Assembly: GCA_012516825.1 (NCBI GenBank)
Contig: JAAYWF010000154.1
Coordinates: forward strand, 1 to 36,640
DNA from: Lentimicrobium sp.
GTDB lineage: Bacteria > Bacteroidota > Bacteroidia > Bacteroidales > 4484-276
DNA length: 36,640 bases
Direction: 5' to 3'
This document shows positions 1-7,580 of this stretch, one piece after another. The notes beneath the pieces were generated by a model. That model saw nothing but the letters and a program-made list of their open reading frames with translations. It did not search any database and was not told the origin of the DNA. Position 1 is the first letter of the stretch, and every line of letters starts with the position of its first letter. The position numbers were made by a program, and so were the translations under genes.

Positions 1-1
1 T

Positions 2-1060
2 GGTAGGTGGTTTTCATATATGAACTCTATCATTGATTCCGATACTAATTTTGTAATTGCTGGTTATACCACCAGAACTGATAGTGTTCAAGTTTATCAT
101 AACGACCCTGCATTTTATAAAATGAGTATTAAAGGAGATTCCATCAATTCGTATTTTCTTTCTGAACCTATAAAAATGCGTTATGCTTATGATTTATTAG
201 AGAATACTAGCAATACAAAATACTTTGCTTTTGTGAGCTGCTTTGAAAATTCTTCTGCAGGTCAAAAACTAATTCTTACAAAAGAATTTGACAGTTTAGG
301 TTTGGAGCCTGTCCCATTAGGCATTTCAGACTATTATTCACCAACCTACATAAATGAGAATGAAATTATATTATGTGGAAAAGGAAGTCCTGACCAATCG
401 GAACTTTATGCTTTAAATGTTATCACGATTAATGAGGAGACAGAATTAATTGATTATAACTATTTTAAAAAAGAAGAAGATATGCGTGACCATCCAGCAA
501 TGTATAATGGTGTGAGCAAAAATGGAAATAACATTTACATTGGAGGAACCTCAAACCTTGATTATTACAATCCATTTTGGAGCACATTCGATTCATGGTT
601 TCATTTGATTAAGATAAATCCTGACATAAGTCCAATTTGGGAATATTGGTATGGTGGAGATGCATATTATTTTCTGTATAGCATTCTTGCTACAAATGAC
701 GGTGGTTGTATAATGGTTGGCAACCGGTATGATTACGAAACTCAGAATCAGGAAAGAGATATTTTTATTGTGAAAGTTGACAGCAACGGTCTGATAACCT
801 GGACACAGCAAATACCTTTAGCTAAACAAGAATCAATGGTTTATCCAAATCCGGGAACAAATCTGTTGAATATTAAATCAACCTGCAATGAAATGGAATT
901 TGAACTAATAAACATAAATGGACAAGTTGTGATTAGGCAAATGCTTGATAATAATTGTTCAGTTATAAACGCGGAATCAATAAAATCAGGTATTTACTTC
1001 TATAGACTAATTGACAAAAAAAACAAAACAGTTGAAACGGGGAAATGGATTAAATATTAA
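2..1060 (+). CDS. T9SS type A sorting (C-terminal) domain secreted protein, probably 5'-truncated by the window edge
   Basis: C-terminal CTD pattern 'VYPNP...ELININGQVV...SGIYFY...GKWIKY'. The frame is open from base 2 to the ORF-track ATG at 20, and there is no signal peptide at that ATG. Confidence 0.85.
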   Translation, partial: GRWFSYMNSIIDSDTNFVIAGYTTRTDSVQVYHNDPAFYKMSIKGDSINSYFLSEPIKMRYAYDLLENTSNTKYFAFVSCFENSSAGQKLILTKEFDSLGLEPVPLGISDYYSPTYINENEIILCGKGSPDQSELYALNVITINEETELIDYNYFKKEEDMRDHPAMYNGVSKNGNNIYIGGTSNLDYYNPFWSTFDSWFHLIKINPDISPIWEYWYGGDAYYFLYSILATNDGGCIMVGNRYDYETQNQERDIFIVKVDSNGLITWTQQIPLAKQESMVYPNPGTNLLNIKSTCNEMEFELININGQVVIRQMLDNNCSVINAESIKSGIYFYRLIDKKNKTVETGKWIKY

Positions 1061-1385
1061 ATGAAGAAGGGGCTTAATGCTTATAACAAAAGTTAGCAAG
1101 AATAGCAGGACAGGCTTTTAAACCAGTCAATCCTTAACAACTCACTTTCAGTAAGGGTATGTAAGTCATCAGTATAAGTTTAGAAGCCAAAGTGGGTATG
1201 GAGTAACCAGGAAAACTCACCCCGTGAATTGCCTGCAACAGCCATTGCAGTTTGAGGTTTAGGATTGATATTGGTAGGATTTACGGTGAGGACAGGAATA
1301 TTAAAAAGCCTCCAGATTTTTAGTTTGAGTATGCTGGCTATGCGGTAAAATTTTAGTGGATTGGGTAAAAAACATCCAAAAGAGG

Positions 1386-3518
1386 TTAAAATCTGATTTT
1401 AAGCTGAGCTTTTATCTCGCTATATGTGTTTCCGTCAATTTTAGTAGTTCCGTTACTGATGGTGGTTTTATTACTATAATAGGTTTGCGAGAGCCGTAGC
1501 CAGAAATCAATATTTTCGGAAATTTCGTATTTAAGCATTACATAAAACCGGCTTCCCTTATAGTAATAGGCAGGGATTGAAAAAACATAAAGCAAGTCAT
1601 TTTCGTAAGCATATATCCTTTCGTCGTAACTGTCGGTATCGAAAAGCGCATACCGTAATGATACGTTATAGGGTTTTGCTGCAGGGTTGTAGTTTATATC
1701 CTGATAAATGATGAATCCGTTTTGTGTAGTAGCTTCAGGTTTATCGTAAGTAAGAAACTCAATTCTATTTTTAAGTGTAACTGTTGAGGATGCTTTGTAT
1801 GAAATAAAAAACCTTATGCTCTCTTTATGTGTCTCGCCGGTTTTGGCCATAATAAGGTTTTCGGTTTCGTTTAGTTGTTTTTGCTTGTAACGGTACCGGA
1901 GATACATTTCCATTCTTTTGTAAGGGTGATAATCAATTTGTGCAAGGTATTCAGCGCCTCGCGAAGGTGAGTCAATCCTGTAACGTAACCATGGGGATGA
2001 AAACAGATCGGAGTAACCTCTGAAGGTCCAGTTTCGATGCAAATAGACCAGTAAACCGGCAAACATGCCTTTTTCGTTTTGATTATTTGTATTCTCGGCA
2101 ATGGCGTTGCTGTATAGGTTTTGGTATTTAATTCCAAAATTTCGGTAATATGCCGATAACGTTATTGAGGGATGAAGCGATGCCTGAAATCCGGCTAAAT
2201 AGGCTTTGCCGCCATTCTCACTGCCGGAAGCTTCGGCAAAAATGTTAAACCTTTTAACAATAAAATTTAGGTCAACACCATAATTAAAGTTCTCTTTACC
2301 TTGAAAGTTATATTTGCGATAAAGCTGATCGGGTAGCTGCAAGGGCTTGTCAAATAAAGTTTTAAAAGAGGTGGCTCCAATCTGAAACTTGCCTTTCCTG
2401 TATCTGACATTTGCGCCATAAAGTGTTTCGTGGACGGTGTTTTTTTTATCAATCTCGTTAGGGGTACGGTGATATCCGGTCTCTTGTAAAGAGGTAACAA
2501 ACTGCTCCTCCTGACTGATAGAATCTTTAGTTGCGATATTTCCATCTATTTTTTTGGAGGAAAAAAATCCGGATATTTTAAAGTTGTGCAAGGAAAAGGT
2601 AACAGCCGTGCCACGCATATAACGGTTTTCGTTTACTGATGTATTAGGCCTTACTCTTCGTTGATTTTTTATTACACCAATAGCATCGGGTGATTTGCCG
2701 AACGACAGGCCGCTCCACAATGTCAATCCCTGTCCGAATTCGAGTTGATAATCTCCTATTATAAGCTGTTCAAGCGCTCTCATCTCACTAACGGAAACAA
2801 ATCCGGAATAAAAATCAAACCCATTGGGTTGCGATCCTTTAAAAAACTCCTCGCCTGGATCCTTTTCCGCAGTGATGCCAAGCCTAATTTTATTGAAGTA
2901 ATTAAACCCGTAACGCAGATAATATTTATCAGGATTTCCAAGAAAATAACTACCCGGATTAGCATATTTCATCGAATCAGAAACATTTGCATAGCCGGCT
3001 TGTTTTTCTAATACCCTGCTGTAGCGAAGGAATAAATCATTCCGACCGTATTTAACTATATTTTTCATTTTAAAAGAGATGCGTGGCTTTTCCGGATCAA
3101 CTGAAACTAACGGCTCAAGAAAAGAGATTAGCTCCTGATCGAAACCATCAATAGCCATCAACTCATAAAGTGTTACAAACGGTCCGTAAACATTTCGGTA
3201 TTCGATGATTTTATGAATTTGTAGCTCACTCAAAAAAATCAGCTTTTTCATTTGAGTAAAAGATGCAAAATTCAAATTAAGAGGGTTTTCAAGAAAATAA
3301 TAAATATCTTCGAGCAGGTCGGTATAATCCATTTGTTCTTCGGTCTGCTCCGCGATTTCTTCCAATTTGCTGTTAAGTAATTCCATATATTCCGGTGATA
3401 CCGGGAGCTGCTGTGCAAGGCTGACATCAATCATCATAATTAGCATTGCAATTATTAAACAAAACCTGTCTGCGACCGATTTATGTTTGATGATATGATG
3501 AGGCGGGATGGTTTTCAT
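1386..3518 (-). CDS. ComEA-like helix-hairpin-helix domain protein fused to a probable outer-membrane beta-barrel
   Basis: Signal peptide (...VSLAQQ), then HhH segment 'PLNLNFAS...IIEYRNVYGPFVTLYELMAIDGF'. The aromatic-rich alternating C-terminal region ends in 'QLKIRF' (terminal Phe). Start overlaps the upstream stop (ATGA). Confidence 0.8.
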   Translation of the reverse strand: MKTIPPHHIIKHKSVADRFCLIIAMLIMMIDVSLAQQLPVSPEYMELLNSKLEEIAEQTEEQMDYTDLLEDIYYFLENPLNLNFASFTQMKKLIFLSELQIHKIIEYRNVYGPFVTLYELMAIDGFDQELISFLEPLVSVDPEKPRISFKMKNIVKYGRNDLFLRYSRVLEKQAGYANVSDSMKYANPGSYFLGNPDKYYLRYGFNYFNKIRLGITAEKDPGEEFFKGSQPNGFDFYSGFVSVSEMRALEQLIIGDYQLEFGQGLTLWSGLSFGKSPDAIGVIKNQRRVRPNTSVNENRYMRGTAVTFSLHNFKISGFFSSKKIDGNIATKDSISQEEQFVTSLQETGYHRTPNEIDKKNTVHETLYGANVRYRKGKFQIGATSFKTLFDKPLQLPDQLYRKYNFQGKENFNYGVDLNFIVKRFNIFAEASGSENGGKAYLAGFQASLHPSITLSAYYRNFGIKYQNLYSNAIAENTNNQNEKGMFAGLLVYLHRNWTFRGYSDLFSSPWLRYRIDSPSRGAEYLAQIDYHPYKRMEMYLRYRYKQKQLNETENLIMAKTGETHKESIRFFISYKASSTVTLKNRIEFLTYDKPEATTQNGFIIYQDINYNPAAKPYNVSLRYALFDTDSYDERIYAYENDLLYVFSIPAYYYKGSRFYVMLKYEISENIDFWLRLSQTYYSNKTTISNGTTKIDGNTYSEIKAQLKIRF

Positions 3519-4339
3519 CTCTTTGTTTTGAAGTTATATACAGCCGAAAACTGAGGAGAAAAGCCAAGCACATTGTGTACTGATGATGCGAAATCAATTG
3601 TAAACCGGTTGAGGTTTATTCCAAATCCAAAGGTGTATTGTCCGGGGTTAGAAGAGAGTCCTCCTCTAACATATACCTCGTCAATGATCCTATATTCTAA
3701 ACCAAGCTTCAACGACGGATCGAAAGATGTCTCTTTTTTTGCTTCTACCGAAAGGATTATACTTTTATCAAAACTCCATGCTGCGCCAATTCTCATGACG
3801 GCAGGTATTCGCTCATCGGCATATTTTGTCAGTTTGGTATGGATAGGATTAAAAACATGCATACCCAAGGTAATATCAGGTTTGATCTTTGTCATTAAGC
3901 CGGCTTCAAAAGTGGCTACACCTTTTTTTCCATAATCATTACCCAAGCTTTTATGCAGATAGTCCAACTGCAACCCTGCGGCAAAATAGTCGCCAAACTT
4001 TCGTGAATAGGCAAGGCCAAATTTACTTTCGTTATATAATTCATTGCCGAAGCGAACTAATTCAAAGCCAAATACGCCGCTGCCAACAGGCAATGTTGCT
4101 CCGCCTGCTTTCAGGCTCATCTCTTTAACCAAAAACCTGTTTTCGAAGTAAAACCCTGCTGAGGTCTTATTGTAAAAAGCAAGGCCGGCCTGATTGTTAT
4201 GTATAGACCAGAAGTCAGCTAATGCAACGGAAGCATTTCCCATTGCTGCCGAACGACCTCCTTCCGGAAAATTGATATGCGCCGACAACACATTTGGAAA
4301 GAAAAATAAAAGTAACAGAAACGGTAAAAAAGATTTCAT
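3515..4339 (-). CDS. Hypothetical outer-membrane beta-barrel protein (PorV/PorQ/FadL-like N-terminus)
   Basis: Signal peptide, 'GGRSAAMGNASVA...NNQAGLA' motif typical of PorV/FadL-like barrels, amphipathic strands; translationally coupled to the HhH gene. Confidence 0.7.
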   Translation of the reverse strand: MKSFLPFLLLLFFFPNVLSAHINFPEGGRSAAMGNASVALADFWSIHNNQAGLAFYNKTSAGFYFENRFLVKEMSLKAGGATLPVGSGVFGFELVRFGNELYNESKFGLAYSRKFGDYFAAGLQLDYLHKSLGNDYGKKGVATFEAGLMTKIKPDITLGMHVFNPIHTKLTKYADERIPAVMRIGAAWSFDKSIILSVEAKKETSFDPSLKLGLEYRIIDEVYVRGGLSSNPGQYTFGFGINLNRFTIDFASSVHNVLGFSPQFSAVYNFKTKR

Positions 4340-4392
4340 AGTTTCACTTTTAATTGAATCCCATTTACAACATAAAAATCTGCACAGAAAAA

Positions 4393-4533
4393 TATTTTAG
4401 TCTTTGGTTAATACCGTTCCCTGCCACTAAATAAGTAGGGCTAAACGCACAAAGCCTTACGCAATAATGACAAAATTAAACTTTTACACATTCCCGATCG
4501 GTATAATTTTTAACAAAATGAAAGACTAAAATA
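4393..4533 (-). repeat. Perfect 13-bp inverted repeat enclosing nested stems (candidate structured RNA or invertible segment)
   Basis: TATTTTAGTCTTT (4393-4405) / AAAGACTAAAATA (4521-4533). Inner pairs GTTAA/TTAAC, ATACCG/CGGTAT, 4419-4429/4465-4475 (G-U pairs on the minus strand) and GTAGGGCT/AGCCTTAC. Confidence 0.6.
4471..4478 (-). promoter_or_regulatory. Bacteroidota -7 promoter element (TAATTTTG) inside the inverted-repeat element
   Basis: Matches TAnnTTTG; points toward the CDS starting at 4339; no clear -33 TTTG at canonical spacing. Confidence 0.4.
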
Positions 4534-4543
4534 CAAACCATCA

Positions 4544-4551
4544 CAAAGTTA
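4544..4551 (-). promoter_or_regulatory. Bacteroidota -7 promoter element (TAACTTTG) just outside the inverted-repeat element
   Basis: Matches TAnnTTTG; the implied start site near 4537 falls just before the 13-bp repeat arm ending at 4533. Confidence 0.45.
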
Positions 4552-4659
4552 AAAAATCTGATTAATGAACAGCTAATTGTTATCGTTTTCTTTTCTTTGT
4601 ACTAAGAAAAAGATATTAAAATGACGTTGTTATAAATTTTTCAACAAAAATCTTGTTTG

Positions 4660-5337
4660 ATGCCGGTGTATGAGCTTACTGACGATCTGGTCTTTCCTCA
4701 TCCAAAATTAGCTGAACCTGATGGTTTACTTGCTGTTGGAGGGGATTTGAGTGTTGAAAGGCTTCTTTTAGCTTATGCCAATGGTATTTTTCCGTGGTAT
4801 GAGAAAAGCTCGCCAATACTTTGGTGGTCGCCAAACCCGCGAATGGTTCTTTTTCCTGAAAAATTTAAGATTTCCAATTCTTTGAAACAGACAATAAAAA
4901 AGCAGAAATTCAAGATTACTTTCGATTGTGATTTTTCTGCCGTTATAAAAGGATGTGCAGAGACAAAACGGTTGGAACAACACGGCACCTGGATTGTACC
5001 CGAAATAGAGCAGGCCTACAACCGTTTGCACGAAGCCGGATTTGCACACTCGGTGGAGGCTTGGTACGATAACAGGTTAGCGGGAGGGCTTTATGGAGTC
5101 TCCATAGGTAAGGCCTTTTTTGGCGAGTCTATGTTTTATAAGGTTCGCGATGCTTCTAAAGTAGCTCTTGCTTTTTTGGTTGAGAAATTGTTGGGCTGGC
5201 ATTTTCATTTTATTGATGCCCAGCAGGAGACAGCTCACATGATTAGCTTAGGCGGCGAATTGATAGATATTGATCACTTTTTAAATCTGCTAAAAAACGC
5301 TTTAAGTTATCCAACATTAAAAGGAAACTGGAGTTAA
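4660..5337 (+). CDS. aat: Leucyl/phenylalanyl-tRNA--protein transferase
   Basis: Motifs 'GLLAVGGDLS..RLLLAYANGIFPW', 'WWSPNPR', 'AHSVEAW', 'GGLYGV.IG..FFGESMF', 'ASKVA'. ATG at 4660 preferred over TTG at 4657. Confidence 0.95.
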   Translation: MPVYELTDDLVFPHPKLAEPDGLLAVGGDLSVERLLLAYANGIFPWYEKSSPILWWSPNPRMVLFPEKFKISNSLKQTIKKQKFKITFDCDFSAVIKGCAETKRLEQHGTWIVPEIEQAYNRLHEAGFAHSVEAWYDNRLAGGLYGVSIGKAFFGESMFYKVRDASKVALAFLVEKLLGWHFHFIDAQQETAHMISLGGELIDIDHFLNLLKNALSYPTLKGNWS

Positions 5338-5361
5338 TAAACACTAAACAAAATAAAAGAA

Positions 5362-5730
5362 ATGAGTTTTGAATTAAAAGGAAGGCTAATTGAAAAATAT
5401 GATTCGGTGCAGGTAACCGATCGTTTTAGAAAACGCGAATTTGTGATTGAATATCGTGAGAGTGCATCATCTTACGATTTTGCTGAAACCATTAAATTTC
5501 AACTTACCCAGGAGCGATGTGATATTTTGGATAATTTTCACATTGGCGAAGAGCTGAAAGTCTCTTTTAATATCAGAGGTCGCCGTTGGGAGAAAGATGG
5601 TCAGGTAAGCTATTTTAACAACCTCGAAGCATGGAAAATTGAAAAAGTAGTTGCAGCGCCACAGGAAATAATACCACAACATACTATCGAAGAGATACCT
5701 CCCGAACCTACTGACGATCTGCCTTTTTAA
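5362..5730 (+). CDS. DUF3127 family protein (SSB-like OB fold, acidic DDLPF tail)
   Basis: 'FRKREFVIE', 'VSFNIRGRRW', 'YFNNLEAWKI' and C-terminal 'TDDLPF'. Confidence 0.85.
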   Translation: MSFELKGRLIEKYDSVQVTDRFRKREFVIEYRESASSYDFAETIKFQLTQERCDILDNFHIGEELKVSFNIRGRRWEKDGQVSYFNNLEAWKIEKVVAAPQEIIPQHTIEEIPPEPTDDLPF

Positions 5731-5782
5731 GCTGTTTTAATATCATAAATGCTTTTTGCTGATCATTTGTTGTGAGCAAAAA

Positions 5783-7117
5783 TCAATTAACTAACTCTCC
5801 TTCTACGGATAAATCTGTTGAGGAAATGATTTTTATCGTAACAAACTCTCCTATTAGCTCGTCGTTATCCGATTGAAAACGGGAGACGATTTTTCCTTCG
5901 GTAAGGGCAGAGAGGAACCCTTCTTTGCGGTCTTTTCCGGTAACGAGTACTTTGTAATTGCGTCCAATCATATCTCTGTTGTGTGCTGCCGAATATTTTC
6001 TCAGATCATTACTTAACTGATGAAAACGGGCTTTTTTCACTTCTCGCGGTACATCATCTATCCAGCGCGAACTTACCGCTCCGGGACGTTGCGAATACTG
6101 TGCGATGTAAGCCATATTATATCTGAATTCATCCATAATCTTCCTTGTATTTTCAAACTGTTCGTCAGTCTCACCTGTGAATCCTACAATAATATCGGTG
6201 AATAGGGTAGCTTCAGGGATCAATCTGCGAATTACCTCAACTATCTGACGATACTTTTCTACCGGATGTTTTCGGTTCATTTTTATCAAAACTTTATTAT
6301 CACCAGATTGGATCGGCAAGTGAATTTGTTTTGCCAGACAGTCGTACTGCGATATTATCTCTATTACCTCTGCCGTCATATCACGCGGGTGTGGCGACGT
6401 AAAATAGACCCAAAATTCTTTATCTGACTCTTTCCCTATCTCCCCAATCTTTTTTAGCAATTCAGGGAAAGTAATCTCTTTTCCTTTTTTATCTAATCCA
6501 TAAGAATTTACATTTTGACCTAACAAGGTGATTGACTTATAATCTTCACTTACTAATCTTTTCACCTCTTCTAATATTTCGTTAGAGTCGCGCGAAACTT
6601 CGCGCCCACGCGTATATGGAACAGCGCAAAAAGTACAAAACTTGTTACAGCCATTTTGAATTGGAACAAAGGCTTCGAATTTGGAACTATATTTAGGATT
6701 GACTCTCCAGAAACCATCGATATTTTCATTTTTGGTAATGCCCGAAAGATCGCCTACTAACGATGCAGGACTTACAACGCCATATTGCCGGATCAGCTCA
6801 GGTAATTTTTCAAAATCGCTCATTCGAAAGATGATGTCGAAAAGTTTGAGAAATCTTTTCATGTCATCAGGCAAAATACAACCGGAAATAAATGTTATCA
6901 GGTTTTTCTGTTTTTTCCATTTGTTCCATTTTTGAATTCGTGTGTAAACTTTATCAATCGCCTTTTGCCTTACAGAGCATGCAAGGATTCCCAGCAGATT
7001 TGCCTCTTGTTCACTGTCGGTCCAGACGTATCCGATTTCCTTTTCGATGATTGTGCGAACGCGCTCACTGTCTGATATATTCATCTGGCAACCCAGAGTT
7101 ATCAGGTGGTATTTCAT
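5783..7117 (-). CDS. miaB: tRNA methylthiotransferase, MiaB-like radical SAM enzyme
   Basis: 'TLGCQMNISDSE', 'CSVR', radical SAM motif 'GCNKFCTFCAVPYTRGRE.SR', 'LLGQNVNSYG', 'FTSPHP', 'HLPIQSG', 'TDIIVGF.GET', C-terminal TRAM-like domain. Confidence 0.85.
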   Translation of the reverse strand: MKYHLITLGCQMNISDSERVRTIIEKEIGYVWTDSEQEANLLGILACSVRQKAIDKVYTRIQKWNKWKKQKNLITFISGCILPDDMKRFLKLFDIIFRMSDFEKLPELIRQYGVVSPASLVGDLSGITKNENIDGFWRVNPKYSSKFEAFVPIQNGCNKFCTFCAVPYTRGREVSRDSNEILEEVKRLVSEDYKSITLLGQNVNSYGLDKKGKEITFPELLKKIGEIGKESDKEFWVYFTSPHPRDMTAEVIEIISQYDCLAKQIHLPIQSGDNKVLIKMNRKHPVEKYRQIVEVIRRLIPEATLFTDIIVGFTGETDEQFENTRKIMDEFRYNMAYIAQYSQRPGAVSSRWIDDVPREVKKARFHQLSNDLRKYSAAHNRDMIGRNYKVLVTGKDRKEGFLSALTEGKIVSRFQSDNDELIGEFVTIKIISSTDLSVEGELVN

Positions 7118-7349
7118 AAAGAATTAATTTTTCAATTGCAAAATTCTGATTTAGAGTTTTGGTTTTAAAGTGTTCTTTTTAAAAAGATTGATGGTTTAAT
7201 ACTTAAAAAATGACAAATTTAATATAAGACAAACATTAAGCACACTTTTTATGTTTAGAGGATTAGGCAAAAAATTATATTCGTGGGCTTGTGGCCAAGA
7301 TTACTTTTCGGGGCAGGCTTATGCTTACAATTACAAATTGCCTGAGAAT

Positions 7350-7379
7350 AAAAAAAGGCTGACCTTGTTTGCCAGCCTT
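7350..7379 (-). terminator. Intrinsic terminator downstream of tRNA-Asn
   Basis: Stem AAGGCTG (7355-7361)/CAGCCTT (7373-7379), followed on the minus strand by a T run. Confidence 0.8.
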
Positions 7380-7392
7380 ATTCTTTACCAAG

Positions 7393-7466
7393 CTCCCCCT
7401 GCTGGACTTGAACCAGCGACCCTCTGATTAACAGTCAGATGCTCTAACCAACTGAGCTAAGGAGGA
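7393..7466 (-). tRNA. tRNA-Asn (GTT)
   Basis: Minus strand TCCTCCTTAGCTCAGTTGGTTAGAGCATCTGACTGTTAATCAGAGGGTCGCTGGTTCAAGTCCAGCAGGGGGAG; full cloverleaf; CCA not encoded. Confidence 0.97.
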
Positions 7467-7506
7467 ATCAGAAAAATTTAAGCGCTTTACAAAAGTAAAA
7501 CGGCTG

Positions 7507-7514
7507 CAAAAATA
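7507..7514 (-). promoter_or_regulatory. -7 promoter element of tRNA-Asn (TATTTTTG-CAGCC)
   Basis: TAnnTTTG consensus ~40 bp upstream of the tRNA; the same 13-mer precedes the other two tRNA loci. Confidence 0.75.
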
Positions 7515-7535
7515 GAGACTTTTTCTAAATTAAAA

Positions 7536-7543
7536 TAATTTTG
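7536..7543 (+). promoter_or_regulatory. -7 promoter element (TAATTTTG) for the PfkB kinase gene
   Basis: TAnnTTTG followed by C, 37 bp upstream of the ATG at 7581. Confidence 0.6.
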
Positions 7544-7580
7544 CCCAAAATTTTTTACATTTTGTATTAAAACTGAAATC

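Noticed and set aside
4410-4500. GCCACT and GGGAA words suggestive of a cobalamin riboswitch
   Set aside because: The words are not arranged as in the riboswitch core and its other conserved elements are missing.
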